Positions 18,795 to 28,614 are shown, counted from the first letter of the stretch. The stretch is DNA of 64,000 bases from Candidatus Saccharibacteria bacterium UBA2866 (GCA_002350545.1 DEEY01000002.1:38166-102165), one strand, 5' to 3'. A program made the numbers and translations. Notes: generated from the sequence alone by a model not told the origin.

Positions 18795-19826
18795 ATGAGT
18801 CTACTAAAGAAGAAAGACACTAAAAAAACCGAACAGGAAAAAGTCGAAGAACGCCGCGAGGAAGTCTTAGCCCAGGGGCGCAAATTCAAGTATCCTCTTC
18901 AATGGACTAAACACCGCATCGTGATCAATACTATCTTAATTGCTTTTGTCATGATTGCCTTAGTTATCACCGGCATCTGGCTGGGTCTTTATAAGTTTAA
19001 TATGACCGACGACTTCCTTTTCCGAATCACTGAAGTCGTTCCACTCCCTGTCGCTCAGGTCGACGGAGGAGACACCAGATTTTCAGATTATCTCATGTTC
19101 TATCGTAGTAGTATGACTTCTATCGAACGCCAGTCTGGTAGCGAGTTCGACGAAGGTTCCGTCGAGGAACTGCGCGCTGAGTACAAACGCTCTGCTCTCA
19201 CCGAAGCTGAAAAATACACCTATGCTACTAAACTAGCTAATGAGCAAGGCATCGAAGTCACCGACGAAGAAGTCGCTGCCGAATTTGACCGCCATCTTAA
19301 AATTGGTGGCGTGGACCGCAGCGTCGAGGGCTTTGAAAAAATTATCAAGGACAACTTTGGCCTTGATAAATCCGAATACGAACGCATGCTCTACCTCAGT
19401 CTACTAAAGTCCAAAGTCGAAATCAAAATTGATGATAACGCCAACAAAATTGCCAAACAGGTAGAACAAATCCTTGCCGAATCTGGTAACGATTATGGTA
19501 AAGTCGCCGAACAGCTGGGTGATAAAATTAATTATCAGGAAACTGGTGGCCTAGTCGACAACAAAAACATTGACGGCGGGCGTGCCAGTGAAGCTATGAA
19601 GCTTGAACCGGGCGAAAGTAGCGGCAAATTCATTTCCATTAATGGTGATGGTTATTACTTCGTCAAACTCATCAAGAAAACCGATAACCAAGTTGATTTT
19701 GTTTCCATTAAAGTTCCGTTTACCGAGTTTGACCAACGCTTTACCGCTCTCCAAGACGAAGGCAAAATCAACGAATACATCTCTATCACCGCTCCAAATT
19801 ACGAACCCGAAGAATCACAAGAATAA
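18795..19826 (+). CDS. Membrane-anchored SurA/PrsA-like foldase
   Basis: Single TM, VAQVDG motif, helical SurA-N-like body and a degenerate parvulin region. Confidence 0.7.
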   Translation: MSLLKKKDTKKTEQEKVEERREEVLAQGRKFKYPLQWTKHRIVINTILIAFVMIALVITGIWLGLYKFNMTDDFLFRITEVVPLPVAQVDGGDTRFSDYLMFYRSSMTSIERQSGSEFDEGSVEELRAEYKRSALTEAEKYTYATKLANEQGIEVTDEEVAAEFDRHLKIGGVDRSVEGFEKIIKDNFGLDKSEYERMLYLSLLKSKVEIKIDDNANKIAKQVEQILAESGNDYGKVAEQLGDKINYQETGGLVDNKNIDGGRASEAMKLEPGESSGKFISINGDGYYFVKLIKKTDNQVDFVSIKVPFTEFDQRFTALQDEGKINEYISITAPNYEPEESQE

Positions 19827-19845
19827 AAATAAGCCCCAGAAGGCT

Positions 19846-19863
19846 TGGTGCGGGTATGGGGAG
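19846..19863 (-). repeat. 18-bp direct duplicate of the tRNA-Gly 3' end (att-like scar)
   Basis: TGGTGCGGGTATGGGGAG is identical at 19846-19863 and 19930-19947. Confidence 0.85.
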
Positions 19864-19929
19864 AAAATCTCCCCAGGCCCCACTCCACAGAAACTAAAAA
19901 TAACCACAAGTGGTTATTATTACTTTCTC

Positions 19930-20004
19930 TGGTGCGGGTATGGGGAGTCGGACCCCAGTCTCATCCTTGGGAAGGATACATAATAGCCGTTATACGATAC
20001 CCGC
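19930..20004 (-). tRNA. tRNA-Gly(CCC)
   Basis: GCGGGTA...TACCCGC-A-CCA, anticodon loop TT-CCC-AA; T-loop reads TCCGACT. Confidence 0.9.
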
Positions 20005-20053
20005 TAGCTCCCTTATTATACCATATCCCCTTAAAATATGCTATAATTACTCC

Positions 20054-21727
20054 ATGGAAGAAATCAGGGAACAACTTAAAAAAGTTATTCAAGACCTTTA
20101 TGGCCTTGATTTTGCTCCCGAACTTACTCCTTCACCAGATAACATCGATGCTGATTATTCCACTAACGCCCCCTTAAAGCTCGCTAAGGAATTACACAAA
20201 AACCCAATGGAAATTGCAGAAGAAATCAATAGCAAATTAAATGCAAGCATTACTCCCCCTGGTTTTATCAACTTTGTTTTGCCGGATAGTTATCTAGCAG
20301 AGCAGATTAACAAATTAACTGATAATTTTACCGACAGTGTTAAATCCGACGAGTTTAAAGACAAAACGGTAATTTGCGAATTCAGCGATCCCAACCCCTT
20401 CAAAGTTCTCCACGTTGGCCATCTTTATACCAGTGTCGTTGGTGATTCTATTTCTAGACTTTTTGAATATGCTGGCGCCAATGTCATCAGGGCTAACTTC
20501 GGTGGCGATGTCGGACTCCATGTCGCTAAAACCATGTATATTTTGCAAAAAAAACCAATCGATACATTAACTATCGAAGACATTGCTAAATGTTATGTCG
20601 AAGGCACCGCCGCTTATGATGAAGATGAAGCTGCCAAGCAGGAAATCACCAAACTCAACAAGGAAATTTACAAGATTAATGCCGAGAAACTTCACAATAC
20701 GCCACTAGCTGAATTATACTGGAAAGGCAGGGAATTGTCTTACGACTACTTCCGTAATTTCTATGACCAAATCGGCGTCAAATTTGATAAATTCTACCCT
20801 GAATCTACTGTTGCGGGACTCGGCCTTCAAACTGTCAAAGAACAGCTCGATAAAGGCGTCTACCAAATATCTGACGGGGCTGTCATTTTCGATGGCGAAA
20901 AATACGGTCTCCATACCCGAGTGTTTATTAATCAAGAAGGTGTCCCCACCTACGAAGCTAAGGATGTCGGCCTCATCTTTACCAAATGGGACGATTACCA
21001 TTTTGATAAATCAGTTGTCATTACCGGCTCTGAACAAAAAGAATACATGGCAGTAGTTTTAAAATCAGTTGAACAATACGCCCCAGAACTCGTTGAACGC
21101 ACTACTCATCTCACCCATGGCCTTGTTAAACTTCCTGGTAACATCAAAATGTCTTCTAGAAAAGGTAATTTCCTTAAAGCCGTGGATGTTCTAGATATGG
21201 TCAAGGATGAATTAAAGAGCGAATATGATTCAAGCGACGAAACTGTCGCTCTCGCCGCTACCAAATATGCCTTCCTCAAATACAAAATGGGCGGCAATAT
21301 CATCTTCGACCCCAAAGAATCCGTCAAGATGACCGGCAACTCCGGTCCCTACCTCCTCTACTCCGCTGTCCGCGCCAAAAAGATTTTGTCAAAAGAATCT
21401 GAAAAGTTTCTCGGAGGGAGTAAGACTCGGGCTAGCGCCCCGGAGCGCTCCCGACGAGAAAGCTTTTCAGATTCTTATGAAAGGGCATTAATGAAGCGGA
21501 CGATCGAATATAAGGAGGTATTGACCGAAGCTGTCCATGAGATGGCCCCTCACAAATTAGCCAACTATCTTTACGAACTCGCCCAAGAATTTAGCCGTTT
21601 CTATGAAAACTGCCCAGTTATAGGCGCCGAAAACGAATCAGAACGCATTAAACTAGTCAAAATCTATCTCAACACTATGACTCACGGCCTAAACCTGCTT
21701 GGCATTAACATCCCGGAGGAAATGTAG
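20054..21727 (+). CDS. argS: Arginine--tRNA ligase
   Basis: EFSDPNPFKVLHVGH, KMSSRKG, GNSGPYLLY; start set after the extended -10. Confidence 0.96.
   Translation: MEEIREQLKKVIQDLYGLDFAPELTPSPDNIDADYSTNAPLKLAKELHKNPMEIAEEINSKLNASITPPGFINFVLPDSYLAEQINKLTDNFTDSVKSDEFKDKTVICEFSDPNPFKVLHVGHLYTSVVGDSISRLFEYAGANVIRANFGGDVGLHVAKTMYILQKKPIDTLTIEDIAKCYVEGTAAYDEDEAAKQEITKLNKEIYKINAEKLHNTPLAELYWKGRELSYDYFRNFYDQIGVKFDKFYPESTVAGLGLQTVKEQLDKGVYQISDGAVIFDGEKYGLHTRVFINQEGVPTYEAKDVGLIFTKWDDYHFDKSVVITGSEQKEYMAVVLKSVEQYAPELVERTTHLTHGLVKLPGNIKMSSRKGNFLKAVDVLDMVKDELKSEYDSSDETVALAATKYAFLKYKMGGNIIFDPKESVKMTGNSGPYLLYSAVRAKKILSKESEKFLGGSKTRASAPERSRRESFSDSYERALMKRTIEYKEVLTEAVHEMAPHKLANYLYELAQEFSRFYENCPVIGAENESERIKLVKIYLNTMTHGLNLLGINIPEEM
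21393..21476. repeat. Palindromic element in frame inside argS
   Basis: Arms AAGAATCTGAAAAG / CTTTTCAGATTCTT. The core resembles subfamily 2 and encodes ESEKFLGGSKTRASAPERSRRESFSDS. Confidence 0.85.
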
Positions 21728-21728
21728 T

Positions 21729-22253
21729 ATGAAGAAAGCCAAACTCCTTTGGATTGACTTAGAAATGACTGGCCTCGACCCGACAAAGGACAAAATTCTC
21801 GAAGTCGCTGCCATCGCTACTGACATGAAACTAAACGAAATCGCAAGCTACCAAGCAATAGTAAAAGTCCCCGAAGCGTTGATGGATGAACGCATGGTTG
21901 GTGAATTCTGGGAAAAGAACAGCAAATCTCGTGATGCTTTAAAATCCCAAAACAAAGATGGGAAGTCAGTTAAAGAAGTTGAGAAGGAGCTGATAGATTT
22001 TATAGGCCAAAACTGCGACAAGGAACTTTATCTCGCCGGTAACTCCATTCATCAAGACCGTAAGTTTATAGAACGTGAAATGCCAGATTTTAATAAACAC
22101 CTACATTACCGGATGCTTGATGTTTCAAGCTGGAAGATTTATTTCGAAAACGCCTTGAATAAGAAATTTATTAAGCCCGAAAACCATCGAGCCTTAGACG
22201 ATATTAATGGGAGCATTGAGGAACTAAAATGGTACCTGACCTTCATGAAATAA
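21729..22253 (+). CDS. orn: Oligoribonuclease
   Basis: LWIDLEMTGLD, LAGNSIHQDRKF, HYRMLDVSS, HRALDDI (DEDDh). Confidence 0.95.
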   Translation: MKKAKLLWIDLEMTGLDPTKDKILEVAAIATDMKLNEIASYQAIVKVPEALMDERMVGEFWEKNSKSRDALKSQNKDGKSVKEVEKELIDFIGQNCDKELYLAGNSIHQDRKFIEREMPDFNKHLHYRMLDVSSWKIYFENALNKKFIKPENHRALDDINGSIEELKWYLTFMK

Positions 22254-22516
22254 GTGGCATTAATAATTACGGAGAAAAACCCGAAAAAGACCGTTCATTA
22301 TATATGAAAGACGGCAAAGTTTTCCTCGTAGTCAATAAAAACACCATCGAAGTCCGCTGTGACGAAGAGCTCGGTAAAACTCTCCAGGAAAAATACGAAT
22401 CTGTCATGCAGTCTCGTTTCTTTGGTCGCGGTGGCATCGAAATCGTCCCCACTAACCAATTAAGTCCCGAGGAACTCGAGGACTTAATCAGGTTAAGTTA
22501 TAACTTAACTACTTAG
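22229..22516 (+). CDS. MmcQ/YjbR-like small protein, start uncertain
   Basis: VRCDEELGKTLQEKYESV and LEDLIRLSYNL resemble the family's C-terminal half. Confidence 0.6.
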   Translation: MVPDLHEISGINNYGEKPEKDRSLYMKDGKVFLVVNKNTIEVRCDEELGKTLQEKYESVMQSRFFGRGGIEIVPTNQLSPEELEDLIRLSYNLTT

Positions 22517-22907
22517 CTTCTTTTTCAGCCTTTTTGGCTTTCTTCGCGTCTCGTCTCTCATTCAAACGGTTCATTGCTTTAATCACCATAAAGATTACCC
22601 AAGCAATCACGAGGAACTGCACCACATTTTGGATGAAATTGCCGTAAGCAATCACTGCCTCATCTCCGATTCCAAAGAAATTCGGAATCCGAATAGCGAG
22701 CCCCGTAAAATCTACACCACCGAGTAGTAGGCCTACAATCGGCATCACGATATCATTCACTAGGGAATTAACGATTGTCGTAAACGCGCCACCTACTGCT
22801 ACACCTACCGCAAGGTCAATCATTGAGCCACGATTGATGAATTCGATGAACTCCTCTTTCATCGTTTGCTTTTCTTTAATTTTTGCTAGTTCTTCGGACT
22901 TAGCCAT
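22509..22907 (-). CDS. mscL: Large-conductance mechanosensitive channel
   Basis: FIEFINRGSMIDLAVGVAVGGAF, YGNFIQNVVQF. Confidence 0.95.
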   Translation of the reverse strand: MAKSEELAKIKEKQTMKEEFIEFINRGSMIDLAVGVAVGGAFTTIVNSLVNDIVMPIVGLLLGGVDFTGLAIRIPNFFGIGDEAVIAYGNFIQNVVQFLVIAWVIFMVIKAMNRLNERRDAKKAKKAEKEAK

Positions 22908-22921
22908 ATAACTCCTTTCTT

Positions 22922-23539
22922 TTATTTAGTTTCCGAAAAATCACTAAATTTACTATACAAACTATCCAGACTCCCATAGGATTTAGCCAGCAAATCTTTC
23001 AATGTATCATTTTTTGTAGATTTCATAATTTGATTTTCTTCTGTTGCGATTAAAGAAGTCTCATAAGCCATTTTGTGCGCAAAAATCCGATCCAAATTTC
23101 CATTAATTTTCGCTTCAAACAGCTCCGCCATGAGCCCATCTTTATTGGTATTAGCCTCTGCGATAAAATCTTTATCAATCTCTTTTTCCTTAAACTGGTA
23201 TTTGTTGGTCAAATAATCTGTCAAATCCTTACTCGTATTAGACAACACGCCCTTTAGCGATGCTGCACTTGCTCGAAGGTCAGATGATTTTATATCATTT
23301 TGGTACTCTTCAATTACTTCTGTTACTAATGCTAAATGCAGATATAACCTATAACTATTATTCTTTTCGCCGCCCTTATTACCACTTAGTATCGAACCGA
23401 TAATTATAATAACAATTAAAGCTACCACTGCAATCATTCCACCCATAAAGAGCTTCGATGATAAAATACTATTCATCTTGGATTTTTTTACCGGCCGATT
23501 AGAGGCCGATATTTGATTAAGATATTCTTGCCCTTGCAT
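22922..23539 (-). CDS. Membrane-anchored helical hypothetical protein
   Basis: 205-aa ORF with a single TM and its own extended -10. Confidence 0.75.
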   Translation of the reverse strand: MQGQEYLNQISASNRPVKKSKMNSILSSKLFMGGMIAVVALIVIIIIGSILSGNKGGEKNNSYRLYLHLALVTEVIEEYQNDIKSSDLRASAASLKGVLSNTSKDLTDYLTNKYQFKEKEIDKDFIAEANTNKDGLMAELFEAKINGNLDRIFAHKMAYETSLIATEENQIMKSTKNDTLKDLLAKSYGSLDSLYSKFSDFSETK

Positions 23540-23540
23540 A

Positions 23541-23556
23541 TGCTATAATTATACCA
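23541..23556. promoter_or_regulatory. Bidirectional extended -10 promoter (palindromic TATAATTATA)
   Basis: TGnTATAAT on both strands within the 18-bp gap between divergent ATGs. Confidence 0.75.
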
Positions 23557-23557
23557 T

Positions 23558-25195
23558 ATGAACGACGCGAAGGAGGAAATAAAATCCCGGCTTAGCATCG
23601 AAGACGTGGTGGGGCAGTACATAGAGTTAAAAAGAGCCGGTCGTAATTTAAAAGGGCATTCACCTTGGGGTGTCGATAAAACCCCAAGTTTTATGGTTTC
23701 GCCCGAAAAAGGTATTTGGCACGATTTTTCCGCAGGCAAAGGCGGTGATATTTTTACTTTTGTCATGGAAGTTGAAGGAATTGGCTTCAAGGAAGCCTTA
23801 GAAAAACTAGCCGGACAAGCTGGCGTAGACTTAAGTAAATACCGTGGCGGTGACCCAGCCGTCTCCAAGAGGAAGACTCGCGCCAAAGAAGCTTTAGCTC
23901 TTGCCACTAAGTATTACCAAGCTTGTCTCATTCGCAACAAATCTGTTTGCGAGTACGTGTTTTATCAAAGAAATCTTAATCGCGCCACCGTTGCCGAATT
24001 TAAAATTGGTTATTCTCCCGCCTCTGGCAAAGCACTTACCGCTGTGCTCAAAAAGCGTGGCTTCACCGAGTCTGAACTTGATGCTGCCGGCCTCCTCAAT
24101 CGATTCAAATCCGATATGTTCCGCGACCGTATGATGGTACCCTTTATCGATACCACAGGCAATGTTATTGGTTTCACTGCTCGCATTTTAAGAAAAGGTG
24201 AACCAAAATATTTAAATACTCCTGAAACAATTTTGTTCAATAAATCTAAGTTTATCTTTGGCCTTCATCAAGCCAAAGAAGCTATCCGTCGTGATGGTTT
24301 TGTAGTTATCGTAGAAGGGAACATGGATGTTATTTCCTCACATCAGGCTGGCGTCAAACAAGCTGTTGCCACTTCTGGTACTGCTATGACCGAGCAGCAT
24401 CTAAAAGCCCTGTCAAACCTAACTAGCGATATTCGCCTTGCGTATGATGGTGATGAAGCAGGCGTCAAAGCTACTGAACGCGCGATTATGATGGCTGGCG
24501 ATCTCGGGCTAGACCTCACCGTTATCTCTGATTATCACGGCGCCAAAGACCCCGATGAACTCATCCAGAAAGACCCTAAACTTTGGCAACAGGCTGTAAA
24601 AAACTCTATTCCAGCCGTCGATTGGCTTCTTTCAAAATATGAAGAAAACCTCGACCTCAAAAAATCTCCTGACAAACGCAAATATTCCGATATTGCCCTA
24701 AAACTACTCTCTTATGTTAAAGACGAAGTCGAACGTGCCTCTTATGAAGAAAAAGTTGCCAGAAAAATCGGAGTAGAAGTTAGTATTTTGCGTGAAAAAG
24801 GCGATCGTCTTCACCAAAAACTTACACAATCCACTAAAAGATTTCTCAAAAAACCTAAAACCGAAGCCAAATCCGACAAACTTAAAAAACTCGAAGACTC
24901 TCTCCTCGCACTTAAAATATTTGGTGGTATTACCAAAACTAAAATCCCATTAGACATACCAGAAGATGAAACTAAGCTTGCCGAACTAGAACTTGTTTTT
25001 AATTCTGAACACGAAAAAACCAAAAGCCAAAACTATGAAGAAGAAGCTACCGAACTACTTACGCTTTATAACAAAGAATTGAACAAACACATAATTGCCA
25101 ACTTGAACGAACAGTTAAAAACTCTTGATGAAAGCTCCAGTGAATACGAGGATATATTAAGACAAATAACAGACTTGCAAAAAACACCAATTTAG
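23558..25195 (+). CDS. dnaG: DNA primase
   Basis: [34 protein letters not shown]; upstream of rpoD. Confidence 0.96.
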   Translation: MNDAKEEIKSRLSIEDVVGQYIELKRAGRNLKGHSPWGVDKTPSFMVSPEKGIWHDFSAGKGGDIFTFVMEVEGIGFKEALEKLAGQAGVDLSKYRGGDPAVSKRKTRAKEALALATKYYQACLIRNKSVCEYVFYQRNLNRATVAEFKIGYSPASGKALTAVLKKRGFTESELDAAGLLNRFKSDMFRDRMMVPFIDTTGNVIGFTARILRKGEPKYLNTPETILFNKSKFIFGLHQAKEAIRRDGFVVIVEGNMDVISSHQAGVKQAVATSGTAMTEQHLKALSNLTSDIRLAYDGDEAGVKATERAIMMAGDLGLDLTVISDYHGAKDPDELIQKDPKLWQQAVKNSIPAVDWLLSKYEENLDLKKSPDKRKYSDIALKLLSYVKDEVERASYEEKVARKIGVEVSILREKGDRLHQKLTQSTKRFLKKPKTEAKSDKLKKLEDSLLALKIFGGITKTKIPLDIPEDETKLAELELVFNSEHEKTKSQNYEEEATELLTLYNKELNKHIIANLNEQLKTLDESSSEYEDILRQITDLQKTPI

Positions 25196-25211
25196 ATTAT
25201 ACTTGAGATTA

Positions 25212-26186
25212 ATGAGCTCTAAGAATGACGATATTTTGAATGCAAAAGATTTAGCTTTGGAATTCGACGAACCAGAGAACGATGATCTTGAAAAAGAAGA
25301 AGAACTGTCCGATGAGGAACTCGCTATTACGGCAGAGAATGTCGATGCTTTCGCTGACGACTCGGTCAGGCTGTATTTAAGAGAAATTGGTAAAATTCCA
25401 CTTCTTACCCCCGAAGAAGAGGCTGAACTCGCTCAGCGCATCGTTAAAGGCGACAAAAAAGCCAAGGACAAAATGGTCGAATCCAATATGCGTCTTGTGG
25501 TGTCTATCGCAAAGCGTTATGGTGGTCGCGGTCTTGATTTTCTTGACCTCATCCAAGAAGGAAATACTGGGCTCTTGAGGGCTGTCGAAAAGTTTGACCC
25601 AGATAAGGGCTTTAAGTTTTCTACCTATGCTACTTGGTGGGTTCGCCAGGCGATTACGCGCGCCATTGCTGATCAAGCTCGTACTATTCGTATCCCAGTC
25701 CATATGGTTGAAACCATTAATAAGGTTCTCCGTACCACTCGCAAACTCACTGCAGAATTAAATCGCGAGCCAACTAACGAAGAAATCGCAAAAGCCTTAG
25801 ATATGGAACCAGAAAAAGTTGGTTACGTCATGCGTATCAAACAAGATATCGCTTCACTTGACGCCTCCATCGGTCGCGAAGGTGACGACGAAGACTCCGT
25901 ACTCGGCGATTTTGTCGAAGACGAAGAACGCGACAGCCCGGAAGACTCCGCCGCTAATCAAATTTTAAAAGAGCAACTTTCCGAAATTATCGCAACATTA
26001 ACCGACAGGGAACAAAAAATCATCCGCCTACGATTTGGCATTGGCGGTGGTCGCCCACATACCCTAGAAGAAGTCGGCGCTGAATTTGATGTTACCCGCG
26101 AGCGTATTCGTCAAATTGAAGCCAAAGCTCTCTCTAAACTTCGCAAAAACAAAGAAACCAAAAAACTACACGAATATCTAAAATAG
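25212..26186 (+). CDS. rpoD: Primary sigma factor lacking region 1.1
   Basis: [41 protein letters not shown]. Confidence 0.96.
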   Translation: MSSKNDDILNAKDLALEFDEPENDDLEKEEELSDEELAITAENVDAFADDSVRLYLREIGKIPLLTPEEEAELAQRIVKGDKKAKDKMVESNMRLVVSIAKRYGGRGLDFLDLIQEGNTGLLRAVEKFDPDKGFKFSTYATWWVRQAITRAIADQARTIRIPVHMVETINKVLRTTRKLTAELNREPTNEEIAKALDMEPEKVGYVMRIKQDIASLDASIGREGDDEDSVLGDFVEDEERDSPEDSAANQILKEQLSEIIATLTDREQKIIRLRFGIGGGRPHTLEEVGAEFDVTRERIRQIEAKALSKLRKNKETKKLHEYLK

Positions 26187-26195
26187 GAGGTCATC

Positions 26196-26558
26196 ATGAA
26201 AAAATTACTATCTATCATTGTCGCTACCATCCTCGCTTTTTCTACTCTTGTCACGCCGGTCTTCGCTGCTGACCAAGACTCTGGCGTTGAAACTGCTATT
26301 CTCACAGGCTGCGGCCAAGCCGAAGATGGCGTTCAATGTATTTTACAGCTAGTAGTTGACATTATGTCTATCGGGATTGGTATCCTTGGTGTAATTGGTA
26401 TCACTGTCGTTGGCGTTCAATATCTCACTGCTGGTGGTGATGAGGCAAAAACCCGAAAAGCCAAGCAACGTATGTTCGAAATCGTCGTTGGTCTAGTCGC
26501 TTATGTTGTGATATATGCTGCCTTGCGCTGGCTTTTGCCTAGTTTCCAGGGCGTTTAA
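26196..26558 (+). CDS. Secreted TrbC/VirB2-like pilin
   Basis: Signal peptide ending VFA, two TMs, GVQYLTAGGD..K..KAK motif. Confidence 0.75.
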   Translation: MKKLLSIIVATILAFSTLVTPVFAADQDSGVETAILTGCGQAEDGVQCILQLVVDIMSIGIGILGVIGITVVGVQYLTAGGDEAKTRKAKQRMFEIVVGLVAYVVIYAALRWLLPSFQGV

Positions 26559-26567
26559 GGATTGGCC

Positions 26568-27554
26568 ATGAAACGAATTCTTATTGTTTATAACCCCCGT
26601 TCTTCTCGTTATGCTGAGGTCAAAAAAGAAGTACTAGAACCGATTCATAGTCTTAAAGGGTATATCATCGGTAAATACGAGGTTAAACCCTCAAATCTTG
26701 ATGACAACATTAACAATCTTTCTAAATTATTAAAAGATGGCGATCTTGTCATTTCAGCCGGCGGTGACGCCACTGGTGTTATTGCTGCAAACGCTATCTT
26801 AAAATCCAAAAAAGACGTAACACTATCTGTTTTGCCTTTTGGCAATTTTAACGATCTCGCCCGCACTCTAGGAACTAACACCTTGAGCGAAATTCTTGAC
26901 ACGGGTGGCCGAAACCTATCTTCCGAGGACCGTAAGCTCGGCCGAACGGCCTTGAGTGTGTCCGAGGAAGATAGGTTCGGACAGGCCCCGTGTCAAAAAC
27001 TTTATCCCCTAGAAATCTGGGTAGACGATAAATTCTTCCGCTACGCCACTTGTTACGTTACTATCGGCATGACCGCTTCCGCTGTCTATTTATACGATCA
27101 ACCCAAAATGCGCAAAAAACTAAGAACCAATTTCGGTCGCAAAATCAGCTCCTATACCGAACTTGCCAAATGGTATTTCAAAAATCGCCACAAAAAGCAA
27201 TTTCTTCCAGAGTTTACCTTAAATGGCGTCAAGCAACATCCTAAAACTTCTGACTATGCCGCTGTCAACGGCCGTTCTATGGCACGAGTGATGAAGGGTG
27301 GCGACGATTTTTTAAGGCCGCATCATTTTCGTCACGAAACTGACCGCCTTACTAGTTTCCCCCGTTTAGCTAAACTAATGATTAAAAGTATTTTTTATCG
27401 TATTCCTGGGACCGATACCACCGGTGATACTTTAGAATTTACTAATCCTTCCATCGTTGAACTCCAAGCCGAAGGCGAGCACACTATCCTAAAGAATATC
27501 AAAAAAATTGAAATCAAAAAAGGAACTAAATGCCTGAAAGTCATCACGAATTAG
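26568..27554 (+). CDS. Diacylglycerol-kinase-like (DAGK catalytic domain) protein
   Basis: VYNPRS, AGGDAT, LPFGNFNDLAR, QAEGE motifs. Confidence 0.8.
   Translation: MKRILIVYNPRSSRYAEVKKEVLEPIHSLKGYIIGKYEVKPSNLDDNINNLSKLLKDGDLVISAGGDATGVIAANAILKSKKDVTLSVLPFGNFNDLARTLGTNTLSEILDTGGRNLSSEDRKLGRTALSVSEEDRFGQAPCQKLYPLEIWVDDKFFRYATCYVTIGMTASAVYLYDQPKMRKKLRTNFGRKISSYTELAKWYFKNRHKKQFLPEFTLNGVKQHPKTSDYAAVNGRSMARVMKGGDDFLRPHHFRHETDRLTSFPRLAKLMIKSIFYRIPGTDTTGDTLEFTNPSIVELQAEGEHTILKNIKKIEIKKGTKCLKVITN
26896..26996. repeat. Palindromic element, subfamily 2, in frame inside the DAGK-like gene
   Basis: Arms TTGACACGGG / CCCGTGTCAA and CCTATCTTCC / GGAAGATAGG; core 40/44 identical to 11438-11481. Confidence 0.88.
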
Positions 27555-28327
27555 AACAAGTCATAAAATACATGAAGTCACACTGGCCTTCCACGGTTAA
27601 ACCAGAGTGGCAGGTCGAACTAACCGAATATCCTGAAATCCTTCATAAAGTCATTTCGGATTTCACCATTGCTGCGACCAAAAATCACCACCTAATTCGC
27701 ATTGCTGGACTTTCCGGTTCAGGTAAGACCACTCAAATTCTCCCCGCAGTGGAGGCTTATAGTAGAAAGCATAACTTCGAGCCAATACTCCTAGCTGCTC
27801 GCCGTTTTGTAGAATATCACCCTCACTTTCAAGAAATTAAAGATTTCTACGGCGATAAAAACCTCCGTAAACTCACCGACGAGTTTAGCACCATTATGTT
27901 ATTTCTTACCCTGTTAGAGCTCACCAAGGGTGGCTATGATATTGTTTTAGATGTCACTCTTCTAGACCCTGAGATGGAGGCTATCTTGATTAAGATGCTA
28001 AAAGCAAATCAATATGATTTTACAATTTTGATGGTTGCAACCTCTCCTACTGTTACCGAAAAGTTTTTGCAAGGTCGTGCCTGGCGCCACTCTAAAGAAA
28101 CCGAACAAGAGTTTATTCGCGCCACCGAAAAAGCTCTAAGTTTTTATGCCAAAAACGCTCCTAATACCCACATTATTATCTGGAGCGTCTACGACTTAGA
28201 CCCTATTTACGACGGTCCAACCAAAGACTGCCTTAGTATTTTTCATGATTATTCTTCACGCACTGAACTCCCAAAACCAGACGACGATGCCCGACGTGAT
28301 GCTAAAATCGCTTATCTCACCAAATAA
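27530..28327 (+). CDS. P-loop NTPase, zeta-toxin-like
   Basis: IAGLSGSGKTT Walker A and DIVLDVTL Walker-B-like motif; size fits zeta-family kinases. Confidence 0.6.
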   Translation: MPESHHELEQVIKYMKSHWPSTVKPEWQVELTEYPEILHKVISDFTIAATKNHHLIRIAGLSGSGKTTQILPAVEAYSRKHNFEPILLAARRFVEYHPHFQEIKDFYGDKNLRKLTDEFSTIMLFLTLLELTKGGYDIVLDVTLLDPEMEAILIKMLKANQYDFTILMVATSPTVTEKFLQGRAWRHSKETEQEFIRATEKALSFYAKNAPNTHIIIWSVYDLDPIYDGPTKDCLSIFHDYSSRTELPKPDDDARRDAKIAYLTK

Positions 28328-28370
28328 TCTCTTGTCAACTCCTCTAATCTGTGATATAATACTCCCTAAT

Positions 28371-28589
28371 ATGGCTATAAAAGTTACAAGAAAAGACCAA
28401 GGTGAAGCGAACGAGAACATTATTCGTCGTTTTAACCGCAAAGTCCTCCAAAGTGGTATGATGCCTCTTAAAAAGTCGCAAATGCGTTTTTCTAAACCAA
28501 TATCCAAACGTGAACGCCGCGCTAAGGCTATCATCCGCGAAGCACGCAAGGCCGAAAAGACCGAGCGCATCAAGTTGGGGCTCAAATAA
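28371..28589 (+). CDS. rpsU: 30S ribosomal protein bS21
   Basis: ENIIRRFNRKV...RFSKPISKRERR; basic, 72 aa. Confidence 0.88.
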   Translation: MAIKVTRKDQGEANENIIRRFNRKVLQSGMMPLKKSQMRFSKPISKRERRAKAIIREARKAEKTERIKLGLK

Positions 28590-28590
28590 T

Positions 28591-28614
28591 AAAATCCCCT
28601 TAGGGGGATTTTTT
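28591..28614 (+). terminator. Intrinsic terminator after rpsU
   Basis: AAAATCCCC-loop-GGGGATTTTTT. Confidence 0.8.
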
